64,000 bases of DNA from Prasinococcaceae sp. CCMP 1430 (GCA_013416795.1 RQSC01000027.1:186001-250000); one strand, 5' to 3'. Numbered from the stretch's first letter, positions 22,891 through 35,134 are shown. Notes: generated by a model not told the origin, from the sequence alone. Made by a program: numbers and translations.

Positions 22891-25032
22891 TCACGTGGCG
22901 TCCTCAAGCGTGAGCGTGTCGCTCTCGGGCGACACCTCCACTACGCGCACCCGCACGCGCGCGCCCGCTGGCGTCCCTAGCGCGTTGGGCATCAGCGGGC
23001 ACTCGAGGCCTAGCTCGTCGAGCAGGACCACAGCAGGGCGCACGCGTGCGCCGCCGCCGCCGCCACCAGACTCGCTGCCGCTGCTGCCGCCGGACCCAGC
23101 ACCACCCGCACGCCGCACGGCGCCAAGCACGAGCGCGTCGTACACCCTTTCGGGGCCCTGCTGCCGCAGGTACTCGAGGCAGAAGTAGCGCTCCGTCTGC
23201 CGCTGCAGGCGCTGCAGGTCGCGCTGGCGCTCTGCGGCCGCCAGGCACGCCTGCTGCAGCGCAGCCTCACCCAGCGGGGGAGGGTGGCCCGCGAGTGCGG
23301 CTTTGATCTGGGCGTGTGCGAGGCAGTCGGCGTACCTACGAATGGGCGACGTGATCTGCGTATAGGCGCGCAGCCCGAGCCCCGCATGCGCCCTCGGCGC
23401 ATCGGTATGGATGCGCCCACGCTGGAGCGTCGGCCGCTGCGCGAACGCGACCACCTCTGGTGGCAGCCCCGCTTGCAGCAGCGACTCATTGGCCGTGCGC
23501 ACGTTGTTGCCGCTGCTCCTGCTGTTTCTGGCACGCTTGCCTCCTTTCCCACGCCTCCCCCCCCCGCCCCTGGCCTCGCCACCCCCCTCCCTGCGCGTGC
23601 GCGGCGGTAGCTGGGAGCGGAAGGGCAGCGGCACGCCCGCGTCGTGCGCCCACAGCGCCGTGGCCTCTCCCGCGGCAATCATCAGCTCGGCGACCACGTC
23701 GCGGCTCGCGCAGCCGCCGAGCCCGAGCGAACGCGCGCGCACGTCCACCTGCAAATCGTCGGCCTCGTCGTAGTACCAGTCACCAACCTTTTGTGCGGCA
23801 CGGGTGCCCGGGGCGAAATGGTCGTGGTGGAGGTGGGGTGTTTTGGCGAAGAGGTGGCGGCGGGTCGCGGGGAGTGTGTGTGAGGACGTCGCATCGGACA
23901 GGGGTGCGAGCGCGAGGCGCAGCCGTCAGCACATGCGTCCGCGGCAAGTGCGAGCGCAAACGCAGGTGCGCGGACGGCATGGAGAGGGGCACGGACTCTG
24001 CGTTCGCAGCGGCACACCTCTACGGCGATGCCCGCCTGTGCGAGCGGCAGCGCCCCCGCGGCGTAGCGCATTGCCCTGCGGCGCCACGCCACGTCCTTGA
24101 GCCCCACCAGGCCCGCCTCCTCCTCGGGCGCGAAGTGCAGCAGCTCGTCGGCGTCGTCGTAGGTGAGCTGGTACGAGGGGACGACCACGCTGGCAGTGAC
24201 CACCGTGCGCTCTTCGAGCAGCTCACCGCCCTCGTCGAATTCCATGCCTATGCTCAGCGCCGCGCAGTCGGTGCCAACGCGCAGGCTCATCGGGCCCGCG
24301 GCGAGCGAGCGCGGGAACATGTGCACGGTGTCGCCCGGGAGGTAGAGCGTCGACGCGCGGCGTTGCGCCTCGCCGAGCAACAGCGAGCCCGCGTCAGCAG
24401 GTAGGTGGCGCGTGGCATCGGCCACGTGCACCCACACGCGCGTGCGGCCGCCGTCGATCGCCTCAAGGCTCACGCCGTCGTCCACCTCGTCCGTGTGCTC
24501 GTCGTCGATGCAGTACACCCGAAGGTGCCGCAGGTCAGCGCGGATCGCCTCGTCGGCGTCCGGCGGCGGCGCGGCGCGCATGCGCTCCGCCTCGTCGCGC
24601 ACGTCGTCCGGAAAGGTGTGCCACAGCCCGTCGCGCTCCATGCGCCGCGCCGCGGGCAGCATGTGGCGCCGCCATGCGCCGCACGCCAGCAGCACCTCTG
24701 CGGCGCCCTGTGCGCCACGCGCCGGCCACGCAAGCGCGGCGAGCGCGCGGTCCGCGAGTGCTTGGTCGGCACGCGATATGGGCGGCGCATCGCGTTCGCC
24801 ACCAGCGCCACGGCCGAGCGCGAGCTCCGCCAGCGCACGCGTGGGCGCCGCGTGCGGCGCATCGGACGCGCACCACTCGTCCCAGCGCGGGCGGCGTGCA
24901 GGCGGCTTCCAGATCGACACGTGTGAAACCCGACGCTCGCTGCAGAGGGGCGTGGCAGCGCTCACGGACCAGCGGGTGCGATGCCCAGCCGCCCCTGGAG
25001 GCACTGACACGACCATCACGCCACTCGGCGCC
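22891..25032 (-). CDS. Organellar ribonuclease II/RNR1 (RNB domain); intron 23788-24017; 5' end lost at single-N gap 25033
   Basis: RNB catalytic motif VYCIDDEHTDEVDDGVS, VWVHVAD, RASTLYLP, LTYDDAD, VAELMIAAG, HAGLGLRAYTQITSPIRRYADCLAHAQIK; S1-like C-terminus. Confidence 0.9.
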
Positions 25033-25374
25033 NGAGCGTCCGCTGCAGCTCCTCTTCGGCGGCACGGACGGCAGGACCCTGCTCATCCTCGCGCATCACG
25101 GCCTCTATTCGGCCCGTCCCTGAACCGGCCCGGCGGCGTCTGCGACCATGGTCGTAGATGCCGCGCCCACCCCGATCAGATAAGGTTCGGACACAATGGC
25201 ACAGACCATGTGACGATAACGATCAGGGGATGGATGATGGGGAATAGTTTCACCCGCGGTGCGTGGCTCCGTGATAGCGCTACCAGTCTCGCCGCGCTCG
25301 CCGCGGCGGACGGCCTGGGCGTTCGCACGCAGCCTCTGCTTGTTACACCGCCCACCTCGGGCCTAGGCGACCGC

Positions 25375-26757
25375 CTAGGCGGAGAGGTGCATCGCGACCT
25401 CGGCGCGCGCGTCGCGCTTGCCGAAGAGCTCCGAGACCGTCATGTTCCTGCGCGCGGCGTGCTCCTCGGGCGACTCCAGCTCGGTAAGCGCCTTGATGGT
25501 GCAGCGCGCGTTGTTGAGAAGGTTGCCCGAGCCAAGCTGCTTGGCGCTCACGTTCTTGTAGCCAGCGAGCTCCAGCACGGTGCGCGTCGCACCGCCTGCC
25601 TTCACGCCGCTGCCCTGGGACGCGGGCGTGAGGTGGATGTTGCACGCCTGGGGTGAAGGCGCACAGAGGGAGCCGAGGTGGAGGTGGGGCGAGTGCACGG
25701 GCGGGCGAACGAGGGCGGCGCCGCGTTCAAGGCGTCAGCACGCGTCCACGAGCGAGCGCGTTTCCGCGCGCGAGAGAGCGCGAGAGAGCAGGAGGAGATC
25801 GCTGTGCTGGATCACACGAGCGGCACTCGGAGAGCACGCGCGTGCGGGCGAGCGCACGTTTGCACGTGCGGCCTTGCAGCACGCCCACGCTACGGCGCGC
25901 GGGCCGGTGCGGCACGGGCGCCCCGAGCGGGCCACGCGTGGTGCCGCCGCAACAGAATCTCTCCCCACTCACCTTGAACTTGCAGGTGACCTCGTGCGGC
26001 ACGGAGGCGTCCTTGTTCATGGGGGGCGTGATCATGTTCTTCTTCGCGTCAATGACGGCCTTCTGCACGGCGGTGATCACCTCGGCCGCCTTGGAGCAGC
26101 CCACGCCGATCTTGCCGTTGCCGTTGCCGACCACCACCACCGCGCGGAAGCTCAGCTTCTTGCCACCCTTCACCACCTTGGTGACGCGGCTGATGGACAC
26201 CACGCGCTCCTCGAACTGCTCCTCCTGCAGCGCCGCGAAGGTGGATGGGGATGGGTGGGCGGGTATGTGGGTGGGATGGGGGCAACGACGGCGCGCGCGT
26301 GTGTCAGCGGATAGGTGTGAACGGCCGCCCGAATGCGCCGCGTTGCAGGAGCGCGCATGTGCATGTGTGTGCGCGCGCAAGTTCGCGTGGACACGGGGGG
26401 GGGGGGGGGGGGCTCACATGCGCGCGCGCGCGCGCGTACGCGCGCCCGCCCGCCCGCCCACACGTCCGGACAGGCGCGTGGGCGAGCTGGAGCGCAGGTT
26501 CGCGAGCGTGGCGCCCGCGAGGAGAGCGCAGCACACGCGCGCAAGACGCACGTCCGACTTCCGGTCGCGGCGGTTCCCACCCCGGCGCTGCGGGCGCCCG
26601 CCCTTGCCGCCCTCCTTCTTGGCCTCCGCGCCCTTGGCGGGGATGATGACGTCCTCGTCACCCGCAGCGCGGCACACGACGCCGCGCGCGTCCGCCGGCG
26701 CCGGCGCGAGCGCCGGCTGTCATCGCCAGCGAAGCCGGCTGCGAGGATCGAGAGCAT
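25375..26757 (-). CDS. PRPS5: Plastid 30S ribosomal protein S5 (uS5c), 3 exons: 26757-26552 (one nt short of frame), 26224-25973, 25647-25375
   Basis: [66 protein letters not shown]; transit-peptide-like leader ending VVCRA; GT-AG introns 26225-26551 and 25648-25972; TGTAA at 25343-25347 (minus). Confidence 0.9.
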
Positions 26758-26814
26758 CGCGGGGGCGCGGACGCGGGCGCCGCGGGGTGGGGCGCGCTTC
26801 TCGCGCTCAAGCGC

Positions 26815-28548
26815 GTGACGCGCGCGGCGGTGGCCGACCTCGAGGCGGCCAAGACGGAAGCCGAGGGCGCGCGGGCCCGTGCCGACGCCGCGCGGCTCGC
26901 GCTGCAGAGCCTCATCTACGAGCGCGATCACCACGCTGCGGAGATCGAGGCCGCGCGCAGCTTCGCCGGCGCCAACGCTGACGTGAGCGTGGTGAGCGAG
27001 GACGAGTTCTTCAAGCTGGGGGGCGCCGCGGCCGCCGCCTCCCACGACGACCCCCATGCGTTCATGCTCGATCGCATCGCATTCGAACGCGACGAACGCG
27101 CACGGCTCGTCGAGCGGCTGGCCGCGCTCGGCAAGCGGCGCGCAAAACTGCGCGCTGCTGCGGCCGCAACGCGCCGCGCAGAGGTCGCGCTGCCCTCGCG
27201 GCTGGGCGAGCTGCGCGCGGCCGCCGAGGCGCTGGGAGGAGCGATCGGTGCAGATGCTGCCGCCGGCGCGAATGCGGCGTTCGACGAGCACTCGATGGAG
27301 CTCGCGCGGCTGCTGCCGGTACCACTCTACGTCGCGTTTCGGCGCTTCGCGGCGCTCGAGCTTTCCGCGCCAGAGCTCGGGGTGCGCGCGTGCGTCGAGG
27401 GTGAGGCCAACGAGGGGCGCGCATGGGCGGAGGAGCGCAAGCGCGCCGCCGCGGCTGCGGAGGCCGTCGCGGACGCGCGACGCTCAGGCAAGGCCGCGCG
27501 GGCTGCCGGCGCGATGGACGTCGCGGGCGCAGAGTCGCCTGATGGGGCTGGCGGCGGGGCGCCGGAGGGCGGCACCGCGCCCTGCCCGCTGAGCGTCCTC
27601 GTGTCGCTGGCCGCGAGCGACGGCGCTCCCGCGCTAGACCTGCGTCTGGGTTTCGCGCCGATCCGCGGCGGATCTGCTGCGCGCAGCGCGCACGCGGGGG
27701 GGATAGTGACTGCGGCGTGCGCGACCCCTGCGGCCGATCCGAGGGGCGACCTGCTCGAATGCCTTCGGCTACCCGGCGGGATGGGACGACCCATAAACGC
27801 GCCGCGCGTGGCAGGTGGGCACCGGTGGACGATGGCGCTGGGCGCGCAGGCGGCGCTTCCCTACGAGCCCGCGGACAGGGACATGGGCGACTCAGACTTG
27901 GACGACGACGGCCTGGTGGGTGCCAAGGATGTCGTCCGCGCCCTCCGCTGCAGGCTGCGCGAGCGCGGGGCGCTCGAGGGCACGCTCGCGCAGCTCGCGA
28001 GCGGGATGCTGCCGGCGGGCATGCCCGCTGGCGTCGAGATGGACAAGCTCGAGGAGCTGGACCCGCGCGCGGCCAAGTCGGACGCGGATGCTGCTGGTAG
28101 CACCCCGGGCGACGATGACAGGTCAGCTGCTCGGCACGCCCGCGAGTTCAGCACCCGCCTGAGCGCCGGCAGCCTGTGCGTGGATGTGCGCGTGCGCGTG
28201 AGCGTCGCCTACCCGGTCCGCGCGCCGCACGTGCGCGTGCGCGTGAGTGATACCAGTGGAAGCGATGGCCTTCCGCCCGTGCCCGCGGGCGTCGCCGACG
28301 TGACTGAGGCGGAGGCCGCCGATGCGGCTGAGGTGCCGCCGGCCGAGGAGGACGTCAACCTGGTGTTCGAGCTCGAGCGCGCGGCAAACGTAGAGGCGCT
28401 CAAGGCTCTCCGGGCCACAGGCGCGGACGGCGGGGAACCGCTCGCCGCGCAGCTTATCGCGCTCGGCGGCGCGCTCAGCGGAGCCGCGGCGCGAGCGGCT
28501 GGCCAGGGCGCCGTGCGCGGACGGGAGCGCGCCCCTGCCGCGCGGTGA
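26815..28548 (+). CDS. THOC5: THO complex subunit 5 (THOC5/FMIP); no ATG found upstream of the conserved N-terminal coiled coil
   Basis: LKRVTR..EA..ARARAD..RLALQSLIYERDHH..EI...RSF, DPHAFMLDRIAFERDERARL, LARLLPVPLYVAF, C-terminal VSVAYPVRAP. Confidence 0.8.
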   Translation: MTRAAVADLEAAKTEAEGARARADAARLALQSLIYERDHHAAEIEAARSFAGANADVSVVSEDEFFKLGGAAAAASHDDPHAFMLDRIAFERDERARLVERLAALGKRRAKLRAAAAATRRAEVALPSRLGELRAAAEALGGAIGADAAAGANAAFDEHSMELARLLPVPLYVAFRRFAALELSAPELGVRACVEGEANEGRAWAEERKRAAAAAEAVADARRSGKAARAAGAMDVAGAESPDGAGGGAPEGGTAPCPLSVLVSLAASDGAPALDLRLGFAPIRGGSAARSAHAGGIVTAACATPAADPRGDLLECLRLPGGMGRPINAPRVAGGHRWTMALGAQAALPYEPADRDMGDSDLDDDGLVGAKDVVRALRCRLRERGALEGTLAQLASGMLPAGMPAGVEMDKLEELDPRAAKSDADAAGSTPGDDDRSAARHAREFSTRLSAGSLCVDVRVRVSVAYPVRAPHVRVRVSDTSGSDGLPPVPAGVADVTEAEAADAAEVPPAEEDVNLVFELERAANVEALKALRATGADGGEPLAAQLIALGGALSGAAARAAGQGAVRGRERAPAAR

Positions 28549-30889
28549 TGCGCGCCGCCGCCGGCTCGCGTGTACATATGCCGCACATTCACTCGGCTCC
28601 CCTCGGCGCCGCCGCGCGCTCCACGCGTGCCCGAAGCCAGCCCGGTCCGAGCCCTGGGAGCCGCCTCTTGCCCGGCGCGCCAACGCCAACGCGCGAGGCG
28701 AGCCCCCCATATTTTGTGTACAGTATGCAAAAAGTACGTAGGGTTTACTTCGCTCGAGGCACGTCACGTCACGCACGGCGCCTGGCCAACTCTCTCTTCC
28801 TGCCGGTTCCCCGAGCGCGCGCGCGCGCGCGGCAACTTCGATCATGCCGCACCGGGGGGCGGGGGGCGGCCGGCGGGGCGGGCGGCCGGTTCGAATTGAG
28901 TGGGCCGCGGATGGCAGCCAGAGGAGGGGTGGTACGGACAGAGTAGTACCGGCCAGCCAAGCCAGGCAGAGGGTGGGAGGGTGGGGGAACCGCCTCCAAG
29001 CCCTTTCTTCCTTGCCTTCGCCCCGACCACCATACAACGCCACGCCGACAGACAGACAGACACATCACCAGCACAGGGAGGCTGCCCGTGCGTGTGTTCC
29101 AATAACGAAGCAGAATGTCTGTCTGCCTATGTATACCTGCGTCCCACTTCCGGACGCCTCAGCCCAGCCCCGGGCTGGCGCTCGTCACGCGCTGGCTCTC
29201 GGCCGGGCTCTCCGCCCTGGGCTGCGCGGCGGCCGCGCGCGCGTGGCGCGACGACGACCCGGCGTTGGGCCCGCGCGCCCGGCTGGGGAAGCCGCCGATC
29301 CGGGGAATTGGGGTACGGTAGGTGGCAACTCGGTGCAGGGTTTGATCGAGGGCTCCCCATGCCACCGAGGGGCTCTCGACGATCGAGCGCTCGCGAGCTC
29401 GGTCGGCGGTGTGTACCGGTGCACCGGCCGGTGCACACAGAGACAGACAGAGGCCCTCTTTTTTTCCCTTCCGGCTGTGGGAGGTTTGCGTGCGGCCGGC
29501 GCGGAAAAAAAAAAAAAGGCGGCGCCGCCGGCGCCGGCCAAACACCGGCAGCTTCGGTCTAATTTTTAGATGTTTCGGCGCGCGCCTCCAGAGGAGTCCA
29601 GACCCTTTTTTTTCTGTCGCGTTGCAGAACGGCGTCGCCGCCGCTGCCCGGTCTTTTTTTAGAAAACGAAGGAGCTTTGTCTTCTTTTTGATGAAGATGC
29701 GAAACAGTACCTGGTACCGTGGTCCCGCTGGGCCACTGGACCAGCATGTACATGTACCATCACATTGTATTATTTTTAATTTATTTGGATAAATCGATGG
29801 GGAGGGAGAGAAAGCACTCTGCCGTGCACTTTCCGTCGCTCCGCGGATCAAAATCAAAATAAAAATAAAAATTTAAAATCAAAATAGAAGTAATCGAAGT
29901 CGAAGGCGCGGCCCCGGCCAACACCCCCACGCCCGCGGCCGCGGCTGCGCCGCCCGCGCCTGGCTGGCGCCCGCCCGGATCCTCGCGGCGCACACCAGCC
30001 GTGATGGAGCCGGGCCCCATCATGCGGAAGGGGGGTGGGTGGGTGGGGGGATCCCACGCTGCCGTGGGATTCCGCTTTATGGATGGATTTATGCGGAATC
30101 CGCAGCGGGATGGCGCGCGCACAGAAAAGGTTCGTTCGCATGTGGAGGAGGACGGAATCCTCGGCGCGGGCGGCGGCCGCGGGGCGCGTATGCGCGCGCG
30201 CGCGCGCGCAGTCCGCTCCGCTCCCCGGCGCCCCCGTGCCTCCACCCGCGCCCCGCGGCGCGCCGCGCTCCGCGGAGGGGCGCACTGGTCGGAGAGCCCT
30301 CTCCTCAGCCCGCACGACGGCAACCCCCCCTCGCGCCCGGACACCCCGCGAGGGGTGGGGGGTGGGGGGCGCCCCGGGTTGGCCCCCCCCATGACGACCA
30401 CCTCACGCACCCCGCACAACATGCTCGCACCGAGGATAAGGCGCTATTCCGCGGATGCCACGCACGAAATGCGTGCAGCGCCGCGGTTTGGCAATGGCAC
30501 CGCGCGGCGGCCGCGGCGTGGGGTCGGGCCGGCCTTTCCTGGATCGCAATCTGGGGATCCTCGCGCGCGGGCGCGCGTCGGGTCGCTCGCTGGCATTCTT
30601 CTGCGCGGCTTCGATCAGCTGTGCCGCAACGCACAGCCGGGGCAGCAGCTGCGCGGCGGCGGCCGCACGGCGGCAGCCGCAGAGGGCCGCGGCGCGCTTC
30701 GTGTCGTCGGGGTGATACGCGCTGGATGGAGAGGCGCGCCCGGGGGTTGAGGGGAGGGGGGGGGGGGGAAGGCTGCTGCTGCGACAGAGAAACGCGCAGA
30801 GCCATGTCGTCGGCGATGAATGCGACGCTGTGCGATGCCGGCGCTGACGCCAGCGCGCGCAATCTCACCACCGCCATGGCGCTCCTCAG

Positions 30890-33351
30890 GCAAGTCCACC
30901 CTGACCGACTCGCTGGTCGCCGCCGCCGGCATTATCGCCGTCGAGAACGCCGGTGACATGCGCCTGACCGACACCCGCCAGGATGAGCAGGACCGCTGCA
31001 TCACCATCAAGTCGACCGGCATCTCGCTGTCGTACGAGATGGACGACGACTACCTCGAGAAGGGCAAGAAGCTCACCGACCTCAAGTGGGACGGCAACAC
31101 CTTCCTCATCAACTGCATCGACTCGCCCGGTCACGTTGACTTCTCGTCGGAGGTGACCGCCGCCCTGCGCATCACTGACGGCGCCCTCGTGGTGGTGGAC
31201 TGCGTGGAGGGCGTGTGCGTGCAGACCGAGACTGTGCTGCGCCAGGCGCTCGGCGAGCGCATTAAGCCGGTGCTCACTGTGAACAAGCTCGACCGCTGCT
31301 TCCTCGAGCTCATGCTTGACGGCGAGGAGGCGTACTGCAACTTCGAGCGCGTGATCGAGAACGCCAACGTCATCATGGCCACCTACCAGGACGAGGCCAT
31401 GGGCGACGTGCAGGTGTACCCCTACGCCGGCACCGTGTCGTTCTCGGCCGGTCTCCACGGCTGGGCGTTCACCCTCACCACCTTCGCTGAGATGTACGCC
31501 GCCAAGTTCGGCGTGCCTGCCACCAAGATGATGCAGAAGCTGTGGGGCGCCAACTTCTTCGACCCCAAGACGAAGAAGTGGACCAAGCGCCAGACCGACA
31601 GCGAGACCTGCAAGCGCGGCTTCGTGCAGTTCATCTACGAGCCGATCAAGCAGGTCATCGAGGCCGCCATGGCCGACAAGCGCGAGAAGCTCTTCGCGAT
31701 GCTCGACAAGCTCAAGGTCACCGAGAAGCTCAAGCCCGAGGACAAGGAGCTCACCGGCAAGCCGCTCATGAAGCGCGTCATGCAGACGTGGCTGCCCGCC
31801 CACGAGGCCCTGCTCGAGATGATGGTGTACCACCTCCCCTCGCCCAAGACGGCGCAGAAGTACCGTGCCGAGAACCTCTACGAGGGCCCCGCCGACGACA
31901 AGTACGCCGAGGCCATTCGCAACTGCGACCCCAACGGCCCGCTCATGCTCTTCGTCTCGAAGATGATTCCGTCCTCGGACAAGGGCCGCTTCTTCGCGTT
32001 CGGCCGCGTGTTCTCGGGCACCGTGCAGACCGGCCAGAAGGTGCGCATCATGGGCCCCAACTACGTGCCCGGCGAGAAGAAGGACATGTACAACAAGTCC
32101 ATCCAGCGCACCGTGCTGTGCATGGGCCGTCGCCAGGACCCCGTCGAGTCGGTGCCGTGCGGCAACACCGTCGCCATGGTGGGCCTCGACACCGTCATCG
32201 TCAAGACCGCCACCATCACCAACCAGACGGAGACCGAGGCGCACCCGCTCAAGAACATGAAGTTCTCGGTGTCGCCCGTTGTGCGCGTGGCCGTCGAGTG
32301 CAAGGTGGCCTCCGACCTGCCCAAGCTCGTCGACGGCCTCAAGCGCCTCGCCAAGTCCGACCCCATGGTTGTGTGCCAGATCGAGGAGACTGGCGAGCAC
32401 ATCATCGCCGGCGCCGGCGAGCTCCACCTTGAGATCTGCCTCAAGGACCTGCAGGAGGATTTCATGGGCGGCGCGCAGATCCGCGTGTCGGAGCCCGTCG
32501 TGTCGTTCCGCGAGACCGTCACCGATCGCTCCAACCACACCGTCATGTCGAAGTCGCCCAACAAGCACAACCGCCTGTACTTCGAGGCGGCGCCCATGGA
32601 GGAGGGCCTGGCTGAGGACATCGATGAGGGCAACGTGACGCCTAGGGATGACCCCAAGGCGCGCGGCAAGTACCTGGCCGAGAAGTACGGCTGGGACAAG
32701 GACATCGGCGCGCGCAAGATCTGGTGCTTCGGCCCCGAGACCACCGGGCCCAACGTCATCCTTGACACCACCAAGGGCGTGCAGTACCTCAACGAGATCA
32801 AGGACAGCTGCGTGGCTGCCTTCCAGTGGGCGTCCAAGGAGGGCCCCCTCGCCGACGAGAACATGCGCGGCTGCCAGTTCGAGATCCAGGACGTCGTGCT
32901 GCACACCGACGCCATCCACCGCGGCGGCGGCCAGATCATCCCCACCTGCCGCCGCGTGCTGCTCGCCGGCCTGCTCACCGGCTCGCCCAGGCTCATGGAG
33001 CCCGTGTACCTGGTGGAGATTCAGGCGCCCGAGAACGCCCTCGGTGGCATCTACTCGACGCTCAACCAGAAGCGCGGCCAGGTGTTCGAGGAGATGCAGC
33101 GCCCGGGCACGCCGATGTACAACGTCAAGGCGTACCTGCCGGTCATCGAGTCGTTCGGCTTCACCGGCGACCTCCGCGCCGCCACCTCCGGCCAGGCCTT
33201 CCCGCAGTGCGTCTTCGACCACTGGGAGCTCATGCAGGCCGACCCGCTCTCCGAGGGCTCGCAGACCTACAACCTCATCATGGACATCAGGAAGCGCAAG
33301 GGCCTCAAGGTGCAGCTCCCGGCGCTCTCCGACTACGAGGACAAGCTGTAG
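30890..33351 (+). CDS. EEF2: Cytosolic translation elongation factor 2; large 3' exon only, first ~25 codons not found
   Basis: After acceptor CTCAG (30885-30889): (G)[44 protein letters not shown], diphthamide-site [25 protein letters not shown]; strong C/G3 codon bias. Confidence 0.98.
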
Positions 33352-33842
33352 GACGGACGCGCGCGCGAACCCTCTATAAGAACCAGTTGTCGACTCACTC
33401 ATGCTGTGCAGCTACGGAGCACGGGCGTCCCCCGGGACGACCCCGAGGGCGGCGCGCGGTCGCGGACCGGCTCGTGGGCGAGTGCTTGAAATGCGTTGGC
33501 CCGCCGCGATTGCGCGTGAAAATTCATGTGAAAAGAAAAGAAAAAGAAAAAAGAAAAACCAACGAGCCGCCGCCCAGCCGCCGCATGGCCGCCCCGCTGC
33601 GAGCTGCGAGCGCGCGGCGGCGCCGGGGGTGTCACACGCACTGTGTCACACTCACGCCGCGCGGCTGGCGGCGGTGCGCGCGCGCGTGGGGGTGTCGCCG
33701 CTACGCGGTCAGGCGGAGGAAGTGGGAGTCCTCGTCGGAGCTCCCGTCCCCTCCCCGCGCCGGCCCGCAGCGGCGGGTGCGGGCGCTGGCGCGGCGCTCG
33801 GGACTCAGCGCCGGCGCTCCCGCGCACCCGTCCTGGGCCAGC

Positions 33843-34382
33843 ATGCGGCCCCTCACGGAGCCTGAGATGGAAAAGGTGTTCTCGAAGCTGCACAGCTTCA
33901 TCGGCGGCAACGTCAAGTCGCTCATCGACCGTCCCGACGAGCTCTACTGCTTCCGCCTCCAGAAGAACAAGGTGTACTACGTGTCCGAGCAGCTGGTGCG
34001 TCGCGCGACCTCGGTGGCGAGGGACCACCTCGTTTCGCTGGGCACCTGCATCGGCAAGTTCACCAAGAGTGGCCACTTCCGCCTGACCATCACGGCGCTG
34101 GAGATCCTCGCGGCGTACGCAAAACACAAGCTCTGGCTCAAGCCCGCAGCGGAGATGAGCTTCCTGTACGGCAACCACGTGCTCAAGAGCGGCCTTGCAA
34201 AGATCACCGAGGGCACGCCCGCCAACGCGGGCGTCGTAGTCTTCAGCATGAGCGACGTCCCGCTCGGCTTTGGCGTCACCGCCAAGGGCACCACCGACTG
34301 CCGCAAGCTCGACCCCACGGCCATGGTGTGCCTGCACCAGGCGGACGTGGGCGAGTACCTGCGAGCGGAGGAGGAAATGTAA
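33843..34382 (+). CDS. NIP7: 60S ribosome biogenesis protein NIP7
   Basis: [40 protein letters not shown] domain [31 protein letters not shown]; 179 aa, intronless. Confidence 0.97.
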   Translation: MRPLTEPEMEKVFSKLHSFIGGNVKSLIDRPDELYCFRLQKNKVYYVSEQLVRRATSVARDHLVSLGTCIGKFTKSGHFRLTITALEILAAYAKHKLWLKPAAEMSFLYGNHVLKSGLAKITEGTPANAGVVVFSMSDVPLGFGVTAKGTTDCRKLDPTAMVCLHQADVGEYLRAEEEM

Positions 34383-34974
34383 AGAAAACTGTACGATCAA
34401 AGAGTGTGGGGCCACGGCCCGGCGCGAACGCACGGGCGCCTCGGCTCGGGGCACCAGCGGCGCGAGCGCTGGGGGGGCGACGGTGTCCGGCCTGTGTACT
34501 GTCACCTCCGCCTCGCACTGCTTGGCGGTGCCGCAGACCTCGCGCACGGGCGCTGTCGCGGCTGCGCCCTCGACCGTAGCGGTGGCGCCTCCCTTGTTGG
34601 ACCGCCTCGCGAGCGCACCCACCGCCCGCGTGGCCTCTTCCTTCCCATCCAGGGGGGGGTCCGAACGCCGCACCCGCGCCCGACCGGCGCGCGCGCCCTT
34701 CAAAGTCCGTCATTCATTCGGTCATCCAGCCAGCGAGCCAGCCGGCCAGCACAGTGGCGGGCTCGACCGACCAGCCAGGCATTGATCCGATGTCTGGCCG
34801 CGGAGCTCGCGACGCCCGCTCGCCGCGGCGGGGCGCCCGCAGGGCCGCGGATTCATTTTCGAGCGCGGCGGTCGTCGTCGTTCCCGTTTCGGGTGGGTGG
34901 GTTTATGAGCGGGTTTGGTTGGTTGGGTGGTTGGTGGTGGTGGTGCGCCCCGCCGGAGCGCGGGCCTGCCCAGC

Positions 34975-35006
34975 GGATTGGGATTGGGATTGAGATTGGG
35001 ATTGGG
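34975..35006. repeat. (GGATTG)n hexamer tandem repeat upstream of PNP
   Basis: GGATTGGGATTGGGATTGAGATTGGGATTGGG, about 5 units. Confidence 0.7.
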
Positions 35007-35134
35007 ACGCTGCGCGCCACACGCGGGGCGGTTTTTTTTTGGCTGGCGGTGCGCAGCAGTGGCGGTGTGTGGCGCCACAGAGCGCGCGCGCGCGCGCGCG
35101 GAGCAGCGGGGCCGAGGGGGGACGAGGGGGGACG

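Noticed and set aside
14170-26730. UGA recoding (Sec or Trp) to rescue UTP10, PRPS5 and THOC5 5' ends, all closed by in-frame TGA
   Set aside because: TGA is the authentic stop of PGM3, HSP33, IMP4, PNP and others, and is the commonest chance stop at this GC. Reading through gives no ATG or conserved N-terminus.
30886-33402. 838-aa antisense ORF opposite eEF2 (also long antisense ORFs opposite UTP10, aspartate kinase, SNX, RPS5 and others)
   Set aside because: Shadow ORFs expected from extreme GC3 bias, which removes antisense stops; no recognisable domains.
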